Shown here piece after piece: positions 26,823-36,363 of a stretch of DNA of 64,000 nt. The position numbers were made by a program, and so were the translations under genes. Source of the stretch: Bacteroidales bacterium (lineage in GTDB: Bacteria > Bacteroidota > Bacteroidia > Bacteroidales > VadinHA17); assembly GCA_035527935.1 (NCBI GenBank), contig DATKZO010000048.1, forward strand, positions 58,690-122,689, given 5' to 3'. The notes beneath the pieces are model-generated. The model was given only the letters and a program-made list of their open reading frames with translations. It was not told the DNA's origin and did not search any database. Each line of letters starts with the position of its first letter. Position 1 is the first letter of the stretch.

Positions 26823-27833
26823 ATGGTATTTTTTAACTATCCATTAAGGGGCCATAACACCTTCAGGCTTGACGTTAAATGCAAAAGTTTTCATTCATTT
26901 GAGGATGAAACAGAACTTGCGGAGACAATCTCGGGAAAAGAATTTCTCCGGGACGATTTTCTATTTATAGGATCAGGCAGTAATATCCTTTTTACCGGCG
27001 ATTATCATGGGACTATCTTTCATCTCGAAAGCACGGAGATAAAGATTGTGGATACTTTAAATAATGATGTCATTGTTGTGTGCGATGCAGGCGTAAAATG
27101 GGATGACTTTGTTTTCTGGTGTGTTGACAAGAACCTTGGAGGCCTTGAAAACCTCTCCTTTATACCAGGCACAGTTGGAGCCTCACCGGTGCAGAATATA
27201 GGAGCTTATGGCGGAGAGGTGAAGGACTATATCATTAAGGTAAAAGCAGTGAATACTGAAACCGGTGAGTTCAGGTTTTTCACCAACCGGGAATGTGAAT
27301 TTTCATATCGTAACAGTCTGTTTAAATCAGAGTGTAAGGGCAAATATATCATTACAAAAGTATGGTTCAGGTTAAAGAAGGATCCATCTGTTTTTAATCT
27401 TTCTTATGGGGATGTTGATAAGAGGGTGAAAGCAACAGGTAATGTCAACCTGTTGAATATCAGGAATGCAATAATAGAAATCAGAAAAGATAAACTGCCC
27501 GATCCTGATCAGATCGGTAATGCAGGCAGTTTTTTCAGGAACCCTGTAATAAGCAGTCAAAAATTCAGGAAACTATCAGGTCAATACCCGGATATGCCCT
27601 CTTTCACTGAAGGGAATGATAGACTAAAAACCAGTGCTGCCTGGATGATCGAAAAATGTGGATGGAAAGGAAAACGTGTAGGGGATGCTGGCGTGTACGA
27701 AAAACAGGCTCTGGTACTTGTTAATCATGGAAATGCCTCAGGGAAAGAGATACTTGATCTTTCTGAAAGGATTAGAGGATCGGTCAGGGGAATGTTCGGG
27801 ATCGAGCTCGAGAGAGAGGTAAACATTATTTAA
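26823..27833 (+). CDS. murB: UDP-N-acetylenolpyruvoylglucosamine reductase
   Basis: 336 aa, with the FAD-binding pattern IGSGSNILF, PGTVGASPVQNIGAYG, GNAGSFFRNP and AAWMIEKCGWKG. Confidence 0.9.
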   Translation: MVFFNYPLRGHNTFRLDVKCKSFHSFEDETELAETISGKEFLRDDFLFIGSGSNILFTGDYHGTIFHLESTEIKIVDTLNNDVIVVCDAGVKWDDFVFWCVDKNLGGLENLSFIPGTVGASPVQNIGAYGGEVKDYIIKVKAVNTETGEFRFFTNRECEFSYRNSLFKSECKGKYIITKVWFRLKKDPSVFNLSYGDVDKRVKATGNVNLLNIRNAIIEIRKDKLPDPDQIGNAGSFFRNPVISSQKFRKLSGQYPDMPSFTEGNDRLKTSAAWMIEKCGWKGKRVGDAGVYEKQALVLVNHGNASGKEILDLSERIRGSVRGMFGIELEREVNII

Positions 27834-28858
27834 TTGTATATTTTCATCTTGTCGAGTTCTGACCAGTATTTATTGGCATAATTAAGATGCTCGTTCAGGT
27901 TAGTTGAGAAATGATGGTAGCCAGAAAAGTCGTACCTGGCAACAAAATAAAGATAATCATGCTTCACTGCCCCCAGTACGGATTCAATACCTGAAATAGT
28001 AGCACATCTGACAGGACCTGGTGGCAATCCTGTATATTTGTAGGTATTATAGGGCGAATCGATTGTAAGGTGTTCGATCAGTACACGTCGTATTGTAAAG
28101 TCATTCAATGCAAACTTTATAGTTGGGCAGGCTTGCATTGGCATATTGCGTCTCAGCCTGTTCAGGTACACACCGGCAATCATGGGCTTTTCGTCCTCCA
28201 TCATGACTTCATCATCAACTATTGAAGCAAGAATACTTACCTCAACAGGATTTAATCCAATTGCAGATGCCCTGTCAATTCGTTCACCGGACCAGAACCT
28301 ATTAAATTCCTTCAGCATTCTATCGTATAGCTCCTGTGGTGAAAAGGTCCAGTAAACCTCATATGTGTCGGGTATAAAAACAGCCATTACTGTTTCCATT
28401 ATAAATCCATCCCTTGAATAATTATCCTCATCCCTGAGAAACTCAATTAACTCCAGAGAGTCCGCTTCAAGCTGACTGCCTAACCTCCCGGCCAGCTCAT
28501 CAAGTGTCCTTATATTGTTGAAGGAAATATCCACAGGTGTTTGATTCCCTGCCCTTAAGAGGTTCATTATATCATTATTGCTAACCCTGTCGGGGATGTA
28601 ATAGTGGCCAGGTTTTATATTTGACCTGTAATTCTTTTTTTTTGCCAGTAGATCAAATACGACCTCATTTGCCAGTAATCCCTCTTCCCTTAGAATGTCT
28701 TTCACATCCTCATATTCAGCCTCACGATATATATAGATATCCTTCCCCGCATCTTCAATCCTGATTGGCCTGAGGGATGATCTCCAAACCAGAGTTATCA
28801 GTACTGCTACTGTTATTATTATTCCTGCGCCGATCCATCTTAAAAGCTTTCTGTCCAT
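27830..28858 (-). CDS. mltG: Endolytic murein transglycosylase MltG (YceG-like)
   Basis: 342 aa with an N-terminal TM anchor. It has SILASIVDDE, SPYNTYKYTGLPPGP and YLYFVA...HHFSTNLNEH motifs. Confidence 0.9.
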   Translation of the reverse strand: MDRKLLRWIGAGIIITVAVLITLVWRSSLRPIRIEDAGKDIYIYREAEYEDVKDILREEGLLANEVVFDLLAKKKNYRSNIKPGHYYIPDRVSNNDIMNLLRAGNQTPVDISFNNIRTLDELAGRLGSQLEADSLELIEFLRDEDNYSRDGFIMETVMAVFIPDTYEVYWTFSPQELYDRMLKEFNRFWSGERIDRASAIGLNPVEVSILASIVDDEVMMEDEKPMIAGVYLNRLRRNMPMQACPTIKFALNDFTIRRVLIEHLTIDSPYNTYKYTGLPPGPVRCATISGIESVLGAVKHDYLYFVARYDFSGYHHFSTNLNEHLNYANKYWSELDKMKIYN

Positions 28859-29001
28859 ATACTATATGATAAATTTAAGGTCTAAAAATAATATAATTAA
28901 ATATAAAAGCTTATAATCTGCTCAGAACTCAAAATTCATTTTGGGATTGAGTTAAAAAAAAATCAGAAACACTTGATCTTGACATACGTTATATATATAT
29001 T

Positions 29002-29037
29002 TATACTTTATTAGTATACTTACACTTTATTTGTATA
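29002..29037. promoter_or_regulatory. Two tandem operator-like palindromes upstream of the TetR gene (TATACTTTATTAGTATA and TACACTTTATTTGTATA)
   Basis: The sites are at 29002-29018 and 29021-29037, 19 bp apart centre to centre and 38-73 bp upstream of the TetR ATG. Each has 4-6 bp inverted arms around a TTTATT core. Confidence 0.45.
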
Positions 29038-29074
29038 TTTATATATTTATATTGTATTCATATCTCTTATAAAT

Positions 29075-29659
29075 ATGAGTAAACTGAATAAGAAATACTT
29101 ACAGATAATTGAAACTGGCAGGGATCTATTCTGGAAATACGGGATAAAGCGTGTTACAATTGAAGAGGTGTGCAGTAAGGCAAATGTAAGTAAGATGACA
29201 TTCTATAAACACTTCAGCAATAAGAATCATCTTGTAAAGCAAATCCTCGACTATATCTATGATGAGGGGATCAGGCATTACAGGTCAATAATGGATAGTG
29301 ACAAATTGTATAGGGAAAAAGTTGCAGACCTGGTCAAATTGAAAATAGATGCCACGAATGATATCAGTCACGAATTCCTGAACGATTATTACAGTATAAT
29401 GGACAATAAATTAAAAGGTTACCTTCAAAACTTAATGGAAAAGTATACCAAGATTTTTCTTACGGATTTTATCAAGGCACAGAAAACTGGTGATATCAGG
29501 GCAGATTTAAAACCTGAATTCATAATATATTTCATTAATCACATGGTCATACTGGTAAATGATCCGGCACTAAATGCCCTATACCCTGATGCACAGGAGA
29601 TGATACTGGAGCTAATGAATTTATTGTTTTACGGTATTATGCCGAGGACTGAGTCATAA
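29075..29659 (+). CDS. TetR/AcrR family transcriptional regulator
   Basis: 194 aa, with an N-terminal HTH (GIKRVTIEEVCSKANVSKMTFYKHFSNK). Confidence 0.9.
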   Translation: MSKLNKKYLQIIETGRDLFWKYGIKRVTIEEVCSKANVSKMTFYKHFSNKNHLVKQILDYIYDEGIRHYRSIMDSDKLYREKVADLVKLKIDATNDISHEFLNDYYSIMDNKLKGYLQNLMEKYTKIFLTDFIKAQKTGDIRADLKPEFIIYFINHMVILVNDPALNALYPDAQEMILELMNLLFYGIMPRTES

Positions 29660-29663
29660 AGCC

Positions 29664-30803
29664 ATGAATAATCTTTTAAAGATATTATTGTTTGCATTAA
29701 TAATCAGTACACTTGTCTCTACCGATCTAAATGCCCAGTTCCTGGATTTCAAAGGTATGGCAGCAGGATGGTTAACTTCAGGTTATAGTGACCAGATGGC
29801 GATGCAGGTAGGAGGCAGGTATATTCCCCAAATTGAAGGAATTATTCCACTAAAGAATAATTTAACCATTGAGGGTGAGTTCTCAGCAAATTTTGTTGGA
29901 AGCTATACCAGCCCTATTGAGGGAGATAAATTTTACGGAAAAATAAAACCGTATCGCATGTGGATGAAAATATCCGGTAATCAATTTGAAATACGGGCCG
30001 GGCTTCAAAAAATGAACTTTGGATCAGCTACAATATTGCGTCCGCTTATGTGGTTCGACAGGATAGATCCCCGGGACCCGTTACAACTGACTGACGGAGT
30101 CTACGGAGTATTGGGAAGGTATTATTTGCTTAACAATATTAATTTCTGGGCATGGGGGCTTTATGGGAATAAAGACACGAAAGGCTGGGAGGTATATGTA
30201 ACTGATAAGCACAGTGTCGAATTTGGTGGTCGCTTCCAGTTTCCTGTACCCAGGGCTGAGATCGGACTGACTTATCATTTCCGGAAAGCTACTCTGCCTT
30301 CAAATGTTTCGGGATTTGCTGATAACATAATCTTCCCTGAAAACAGGCTTGGAGTTGATATTAAAGCTGATCTTGGAATTGGAATCTGGATGGAAGATGT
30401 TGTTAAATACCAGGATCATGGATGGAACTATCCATATACGAATATGCTAACTATCGGAGCAGATTACACATTCGGGCTTGGTAATGGATTAAATATAATG
30501 TCCGAGCATTTTATCTATCAATTATCAGAGGATTTGTACGGAGATGATATGACTGTAAATTTTACAGGCTTATCTGCGAGTTATCCGCTATCCCTTACAG
30601 CTAACATCTCAGCAATACTTTACTATGACTGGGATAGCGAAGAGCTTTATCGATTCTTAAACCTTGGACTGACCTATGACAGGTTCAGTTATTACTTAAT
30701 GGGATTCTGGAATCCCGAGAGGTTCAGGATATTTGATTTTAATACAGGGCCGTCATTATTTAATGGAACGGGATTTCAGATAATGGTGGTTTATAATCAT
30801 TAA
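29664..30803 (+). CDS. Putative outer-membrane beta-barrel protein (signal peptide, amphipathic beta pattern), function unknown
   Basis: 379 aa. It has a signal ending LNAQ and is rich in alternating aromatic/Gly strands (GLTYHF, IGADYTFGLG, GLTYDRFSYYLMGFW). I recognised no family motif. Confidence 0.55.
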   Translation: MNNLLKILLFALIISTLVSTDLNAQFLDFKGMAAGWLTSGYSDQMAMQVGGRYIPQIEGIIPLKNNLTIEGEFSANFVGSYTSPIEGDKFYGKIKPYRMWMKISGNQFEIRAGLQKMNFGSATILRPLMWFDRIDPRDPLQLTDGVYGVLGRYYLLNNINFWAWGLYGNKDTKGWEVYVTDKHSVEFGGRFQFPVPRAEIGLTYHFRKATLPSNVSGFADNIIFPENRLGVDIKADLGIGIWMEDVVKYQDHGWNYPYTNMLTIGADYTFGLGNGLNIMSEHFIYQLSEDLYGDDMTVNFTGLSASYPLSLTANISAILYYDWDSEELYRFLNLGLTYDRFSYYLMGFWNPERFRIFDFNTGPSLFNGTGFQIMVVYNH

Positions 30804-30881
30804 AGACAAAATGTAAAAGGCGAAAGGCCACCGGTCATTAAGAGAATAAACAGTGACTTATTTTAGTAATCAGTGAATCAA

Positions 30882-30923
30882 CCCTGCCTGCCATGCCTGC
30901 GGCAGGTAAACCGGCAGGCAGGG
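30882..30923. repeat. GC-rich 11-bp inverted repeat (CCCTGCCTGCC ... GGCAGGCAGGG) inside the operon spacer
   Basis: The arms at 30882-30892 and 30913-30923 are exact complements with a 20-nt loop. It lies between the barrel gene and the ABC ATPase gene. Confidence 0.75.
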
Positions 30924-30953
30924 AAAAAGCGAATAAACAAATAAACAGAAAAA

Positions 30954-31652
30954 ATGAGCAATTCAGAAATTATTAACATTCGGGGACTTGTTAAACGATT
31001 CCCGATTGGTGGAGGTTATTTTACAGCCTTAGAAGATATTAATCTTAAGATTGATACCGGGGAGTTTACCGGTCTTGTGGGACCAAGTGGTTCCGGAAAA
31101 ACCACTATGCTGAATATTATCGGTTCACTTGACAATCCCACTGAAGGTGATGCCAGTGTGATGGATACTTCCATGCGTGGTATAAGTGCTAAAAGGGCTT
31201 CTACATTAAGAAGACAGCACTTTGGTTTCATATTTCAAACCTATAACCTGATGCCTGTTTATTCGGTATATGAAAATGTGGAGTTTCCACTCCTCCTGTT
31301 GAAAATGTCAGCTTCAGAGCGAAAAAAGGCTGTACTGGATGCGCTTGAATGGGTTAGTCTTACCGATAAAATCCGGTCAAAACCAAAACAGCTGTCCGGA
31401 GGAGAATCACAACGGGTAGCAATAGCCAGGGCAATGGTGAAACGTCCCCAAATGGTACTTGCCGACGAACCTACCGCAAACCTGGATGCTGAAAATTCTC
31501 ATCATATTCTCAAGACCATGGAGACGCTGAACAAAGAGTTGAATACCACATTCCTGTTTGCAACGCACGACGATAAAGTTATTAAATATCTGAGAAGGAT
31601 AATCCGTTTGGAGGATGGCAAAGTGGTTGCAGACGATCTGGTTAAAAACTGA
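30954..31652 (+). CDS. ABC transporter ATP-binding protein, LolD/MacB type
   Basis: 232 aa, with Walker A GPSGSGKTT, signature LSGGESQRVAIARA and Walker B MVLADEPT. Confidence 0.9.
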   Translation: MSNSEIINIRGLVKRFPIGGGYFTALEDINLKIDTGEFTGLVGPSGSGKTTMLNIIGSLDNPTEGDASVMDTSMRGISAKRASTLRRQHFGFIFQTYNLMPVYSVYENVEFPLLLLKMSASERKKAVLDALEWVSLTDKIRSKPKQLSGGESQRVAIARAMVKRPQMVLADEPTANLDAENSHHILKTMETLNKELNTTFLFATHDDKVIKYLRRIIRLEDGKVVADDLVKN

Positions 31653-31665
31653 AAGGAGGCATATT

Positions 31666-32838
31666 ATGTTAGCAATTAAACTGGCAATAAGAAACCTGGT
31701 TGGTGCAGGGTTTAGAACCTTCCTGAATGTCTTCATCCTTTCCGTTGCCTATGTGGTAATCATCATGCAAAATGGATTTATCCAGGGATGGAACAAACAG
31801 GCAAGGCACGACACCATTGAATGGGAGTATGGCCAGGGACAATACCGAAATGAAATCTACGATCCCTACGACCCATTCACCTATGAAGATGCACATGGGA
31901 TAATTCCTGATAAGTTGCTGCCTTCCTTTGAAAAGGGTAATATTGCCGCTGTCCTGATTTCGCAGGCTACAATATATCCTGAGGGTAGGTTAAAAAGCAT
32001 TATGCTTAAGGGGATTAATCCAGGACAAGAGGTTGTAGCCCTGCCAACATATAAACTTGTAGCTGAAAACGATGAAATCCCAGCAATAATTGGGTCCAGG
32101 ATGGCTGTCGATATTAAGGCAAACGTCGGCGATTTTGTACTTGTTCGCTGGAGAGATGCAAACGGGATGTTTGATGCTGTTGAAGTAATAATTACAGGAG
32201 TTTTTAGTACAAATGTTCCGGCAATTGACATGGGGCAGATATGGATTCCCTTGAAAAGCATGCAATCAATGATAGGCATTGAAAATGAAGCAACAATTAT
32301 TATAATTAAAAATGAAACCGATCGTGAATTGGATCTTGAAGGGTTCGATTTTTGGGATCACTCAGACCTACTGGCCGATATGGATGAGTTGATTAGGGGT
32401 AAATCAATAGGAAATGCTGTAATGTACTTGATATTGCTTGCACTTGCTCTGCTTGCAGTATTCGACACCCAGGTACTGTCAATATTCCGTCGTCAGAAGG
32501 AGATTGGAACTTTTATTGCCATGGGTATGACCCGCAGACAGGTAATTGGTGTATTCACAGTTGAGGGTACGATGCATGCAATTTTTGCTCTGATTATTGG
32601 CGCTCTATGGGGTGTTCCTACGCTTTTGAAATTGAAGCAAACAGGATTCCCTATGCCGGAAGGGATTGACCAGATGGGTCTCCCCATAAGTGAAACCATT
32701 ATTCCGGCCTACAGCATGGCCCTTGTAATAGGTACTGTAATCCTGGTAACATTAACAACAGCTATCGTGAGCTATATGCCAGCCAGGAAGATCGCGAAGA
32801 TGAATCCCAATGATGCCATCAGGGGAAAAATTCAATAA
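31666..32838 (+). CDS. ABC transporter permease, FtsX/MacB/LolC-E type (first of two)
   Basis: It starts MLAIKLAIRNLVGAGFRTFLN (ATG at 31666). It has a large extracytoplasmic domain after TM1 and a C-terminal FtsX 3-TM bundle ending PARKIAKMNPNDAIRG. Confidence 0.85.
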   Translation: MLAIKLAIRNLVGAGFRTFLNVFILSVAYVVIIMQNGFIQGWNKQARHDTIEWEYGQGQYRNEIYDPYDPFTYEDAHGIIPDKLLPSFEKGNIAAVLISQATIYPEGRLKSIMLKGINPGQEVVALPTYKLVAENDEIPAIIGSRMAVDIKANVGDFVLVRWRDANGMFDAVEVIITGVFSTNVPAIDMGQIWIPLKSMQSMIGIENEATIIIIKNETDRELDLEGFDFWDHSDLLADMDELIRGKSIGNAVMYLILLALALLAVFDTQVLSIFRRQKEIGTFIAMGMTRRQVIGVFTVEGTMHAIFALIIGALWGVPTLLKLKQTGFPMPEGIDQMGLPISETIIPAYSMALVIGTVILVTLTTAIVSYMPARKIAKMNPNDAIRGKIQ

Positions 32839-32859
32839 CCACTGCCATAATTTATAGAT

Positions 32860-34134
32860 ATGTTACGTTTTTTTATAAAAGGATTGCTCAGAGATCGTCA
32901 AAGAAGTCTGTTGCCAATTATTGTAGTTACACTGGGTGTAATGCTGGCAGTACTCATGCAGGCCTGGATCACGGGTATACTGGGTGATATCATAGATTTC
33001 AACTCCAGATTCGCAACAGGACATGTAAAGATCATGAGCCGGGCGTATAATGACATAAAAGACCAAAAACCCAACGACCTGGCTTTGTTGGAGGCTTCAG
33101 GTTTAATATCCGAATTGAAATCCAAATACCCGGATATGATATGGGCTGAGCGTATTAGTTTCGGTGGACTGATAGACTCTCCGGATGAGAATGGTGAGAC
33201 CAGGGAACAGGGACCTGCAATGGGTATGGCTGTTGACCTGCTGTCGGAGAACAGCCGTGAAGTTCAAAGGTTGAATCTGCAGAACATACTCGTGAGAGGA
33301 GAGCTACCCGACTCATCTAATGAAGTACTAATAAGTGAATTATTCTCACAGAGGTTGAAAGTAAATCCCGGAGATCAGGTTACACTGATCACTTCTACCA
33401 TGTATGGAGCAATGTCGATTACCAACTTCACAGTCACAGGGACTATTAAGTTCGGAGCTCCGGTGCTTGACCGTGGTGGAATTCTGGCTGATATATCAGG
33501 CATTAGAGAGGCTATGGATATGGAAGATGCTGTCGGTGAAATTCTTGGTTATTTCGGTGAAGGTGAATATGACGACGAGAAAGCAACAGCATTATCCAGT
33601 GCGTTTAACTCTGCCGATTCAGATCCTGAAGATCTGTTTTCACCTTTAATGGTTGAACTCAGTGAACAAGACGAACTTATTTCCGGATATCTTAATTTGG
33701 TGGGTCACATGCAGAGAATTGTCATTACAATATTCCTTGTAGCTATGGCAATCGTCCTATGGAATGCAGGATTACTGGGAGGATTAAGAAGATATGGTGA
33801 AATGGGTCTGAGAATGGCCATCGGAGAGCATAAAGGTCATATTTACAGGAGTCTGATCAGTGAATCACTGGTAATTGGAATAGTGGGATCGGTAGCAGGA
33901 ACAGCGATTGGTCTGTTTTTTGCAAGATTACTTGAGAATGGGCTTGATTTCAGCTCTATGCTTGAAGGATCTACCATGATGATGTCAGGGATATATAAAG
34001 CCCGGATTACACCTGAAACCTATTATATTGGATTCATACCCGGAATACTTGCCACGTTCCTCGGAACCGCACTGGCCGGTATTGGTATTTATAGACGCCA
34101 GACAGCCCAGTTATTCAAGGAGCTGCAGGCATAG
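32860..34134 (+). CDS. ABC transporter permease, FtsX/MacB/LolC-E type (second of two)
   Basis: 424 aa with the same architecture: TM1, a roughly 230-aa periplasmic domain and three C-terminal TM helices. Confidence 0.85.
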   Translation: MLRFFIKGLLRDRQRSLLPIIVVTLGVMLAVLMQAWITGILGDIIDFNSRFATGHVKIMSRAYNDIKDQKPNDLALLEASGLISELKSKYPDMIWAERISFGGLIDSPDENGETREQGPAMGMAVDLLSENSREVQRLNLQNILVRGELPDSSNEVLISELFSQRLKVNPGDQVTLITSTMYGAMSITNFTVTGTIKFGAPVLDRGGILADISGIREAMDMEDAVGEILGYFGEGEYDDEKATALSSAFNSADSDPEDLFSPLMVELSEQDELISGYLNLVGHMQRIVITIFLVAMAIVLWNAGLLGGLRRYGEMGLRMAIGEHKGHIYRSLISESLVIGIVGSVAGTAIGLFFARLLENGLDFSSMLEGSTMMMSGIYKARITPETYYIGFIPGILATFLGTALAGIGIYRRQTAQLFKELQA

Positions 34135-34158
34135 TGTAAACTTTTAAAGATCAGAATA

Positions 34159-34890
34159 ATGAAGAATATAATTATCGTGCTCTTGTTTAGCACAACAGTC
34201 TGCCTGGGGCAAATTCCCTCAGGAGAAACAATCCTGGATCGAATAGATCAGAATATGTCATCCGACACAAGGCATGTCATATCAAAAATGGTGATCCATG
34301 GTGCACGCACTACAAGAACCATTGAGGCGGAAACATGGTCAGCCGGTGATGATGAATCATATACAGAATACCTGGCGCCGGCCAGGGAAAAAGGTACAAA
34401 AATGCTTAAGCTGGAAGATAAACTCTGGATCTTCTCTCCCGGAACAGACCGAACCATACAAATCTCGGGACATATGCTTCGTCAATCAGTGATGGGTTCG
34501 GATCTGTCCTACGAAGATATGATGGATGATCCTAACCTGAGAAATAAATATGACGCCGCTGTAACAGGGAGTGAAGAATTGGATGGTGCAGACTGTTGGG
34601 TGCTGGAATTACAGGCCAATTCCCCGGATGTAGCCTACCAGATGAGAAAACTCTGGGTCGATAAATCGAGATACCTGCCTCTGAAAGAGGAACTGTATGC
34701 AAAAAGCGGTACACTGCTGAAGAAAACAGAATTGTTTGATATAAAAAGGATTGGCAACCGCTGGTACCCCGGGAAGATCATCTTCAAGGATATGCTGAAA
34801 AATGGTGATGGTACTGAATTCATAGTCGACAACATTGTTTTCGACGAGCCAATTCCGGAGCATCTCCTGAGTAAGGCTGCCTTGAGATAA
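34159..34890 (+). CDS. Outer membrane lipoprotein-sorting protein (LolA-like fold family)
   Basis: 243 aa with a signal peptide. It matches the LolA_like pattern as I remember it (ILDRIDQN, KLWIFSPGTDRTIQISG, MGSDLSYEDM, DCWVLEL, KLWVDKSRYLPLKEELYAKSGTLLK). Confidence 0.8.
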   Translation: MKNIIIVLLFSTTVCLGQIPSGETILDRIDQNMSSDTRHVISKMVIHGARTTRTIEAETWSAGDDESYTEYLAPAREKGTKMLKLEDKLWIFSPGTDRTIQISGHMLRQSVMGSDLSYEDMMDDPNLRNKYDAAVTGSEELDGADCWVLELQANSPDVAYQMRKLWVDKSRYLPLKEELYAKSGTLLKKTELFDIKRIGNRWYPGKIIFKDMLKNGDGTEFIVDNIVFDEPIPEHLLSKAALR

Positions 34891-35167
34891 AAAATACCCG
34901 GTATCAGATTCCCTAAGCACATTGTTAATCTGTGTTTAAATCTGAAATCAGTAACATGGGGAAAGCAGGCATTAAACGGAAAAAACAGCCTGCTTACCGA
35001 TTAAACTTGACTAATATTATTTAGATTCATATAGTTGTATATTATTTTTCTTGAAATATCAGGTTTGGAGCAGTATCAGATAACCGAAATAGTATATTTA
35101 CTGAATCAAATAATTGAAACAAATTAATTCATAGATCCTAAATCAATTCTAGCCAAATAAATGCACA

Positions 35168-36031
35168 ATGAAAACCATTCTTAAAAACCCGGGATGCTGG
35201 CTGGCGCTGCTGGCATCTGTATTAGTTATGACAGGCTGTTCAGCAACTAAAACAGCAAAAACTGTTGACCCCGGACTTAAGTATAAACTTTCCGGAAGCA
35301 GCAATTTCTCCTATACCCTGAACGCTGAGGTAACTCAGTCGATTGATGTTGGTGGCCAGGATGTAGGAGCAACAATATTGAGTTCTACAGGTTTCACACT
35401 GACTCCCGGACAGGCAGCAGCCGGTGTGATACCGCTAAAGGTCACAATTGATACTGTTGGTATCACTATTCAATCACCTCAGGGGAACCTGGTTGAAACC
35501 AAGAGCGAGCTCAAGGGAAGACAATTTAATATGACGATTTCAGAATTTGGAAAGGAAGATAACCTTGATGAAGCTGAAGAAATTAAATATATGGTGGCAG
35601 GCCAGCAGGAATCCAACCTGAAGGGCACATTCGTTATGCTGTTTCCTGATCTTCCTGAAATAACGTATAAAGAGGGAACCTCATGGACAGATAATGATAC
35701 AATAGACATTAGTACAAGCTCAGATAATGCTATGATGATTATGCAGTCAGAAAACATATTCGCTGGTACGGAAGAATTTGAAGGCTACCACTGTGTACGT
35801 ATTAACTCCAGGATAAAAGGTGAGAGAACAAGTGTTTCAAATACGCCTCAGGGCCAGATAACAACTGACGGCGCCCTTGAGGGTGAATCATCTTTTCTAT
35901 TTGTCCCTGATCAGGGAATACTTGTATGGGCTGAGTCAAATGTTACGATGAAAGGATATGTTTCTGTCCCTACCGGAGATTCATACCCATTGCAGGTAAT
36001 TACCAAATATGTAACAAAATTGGTGAAGTAG
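35168..36031 (+). CDS. Hypothetical lipoprotein
   Basis: 287 aa with lipobox LVMTGCSA and a beta-rich Thr/Ser/Gly composition. I recognised no family. Confidence 0.6.
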   Translation: MKTILKNPGCWLALLASVLVMTGCSATKTAKTVDPGLKYKLSGSSNFSYTLNAEVTQSIDVGGQDVGATILSSTGFTLTPGQAAAGVIPLKVTIDTVGITIQSPQGNLVETKSELKGRQFNMTISEFGKEDNLDEAEEIKYMVAGQQESNLKGTFVMLFPDLPEITYKEGTSWTDNDTIDISTSSDNAMMIMQSENIFAGTEEFEGYHCVRINSRIKGERTSVSNTPQGQITTDGALEGESSFLFVPDQGILVWAESNVTMKGYVSVPTGDSYPLQVITKYVTKLVK

Positions 36032-36144
36032 GCAATTAGGCTCTTCATCAGCTATACAACGGCCATAAAAGAAGAAAACCCATGCCGTAAAACCTAAAAC
36101 CTATGTAGAAACGAAACTTAAAATATTCTGGCATCTTTTTCATG

Positions 36145-36206
36145 ACTGCCCGGCATGGGTTTGTATGAGGATTCTTACATATGACCATTCAGCAGTAAAT
36201 AACCCT
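36145..36206. repeat. 62-bp dispersed direct repeat, copy A
   Basis: ACTGCCCGGCATGGGTTTGTATGAGGATTCTTACATATGACCATTCAGCAGTAAATAACCCT. It matches copy B at 54 of 62 positions by my alignment. Its CGGCATGGGTTT segment is also the reverse complement of 36076-36087. Confidence 0.85.
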
Positions 36207-36363
36207 ATTTGAAATAACGATTTTTTTTTTGATTTAAATTCTCCAACGCATAAATTAGAGAGTGGAGATAAAAGTTGATTGGAATCACAGCTCCTGCCCC
36301 CCTGACTACCTGCGCAGACGTAGTTTTATAAGCGCCCCCTGATCCTGTTATGATCGTTATATC

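Noticed and set aside
34963-34995. Hairpin AAGCAGGC...GCCTGCTT after the LolA-like gene, considered as a terminator.
   Set aside because: It has a 17-nt loop and no U-tract on either strand, so it is too weak to call.
36151-36184. Mini-ORF (M/L)GLYEDSY(I/T) shared by both 62-bp repeats, with mostly synonymous differences.
   Set aside because: There are only 5 differences. Three falling at third positions has roughly a 1 in 5 chance expectation. One copy starts with TTG. I kept it as a note in the repeat finding, not as a gene.
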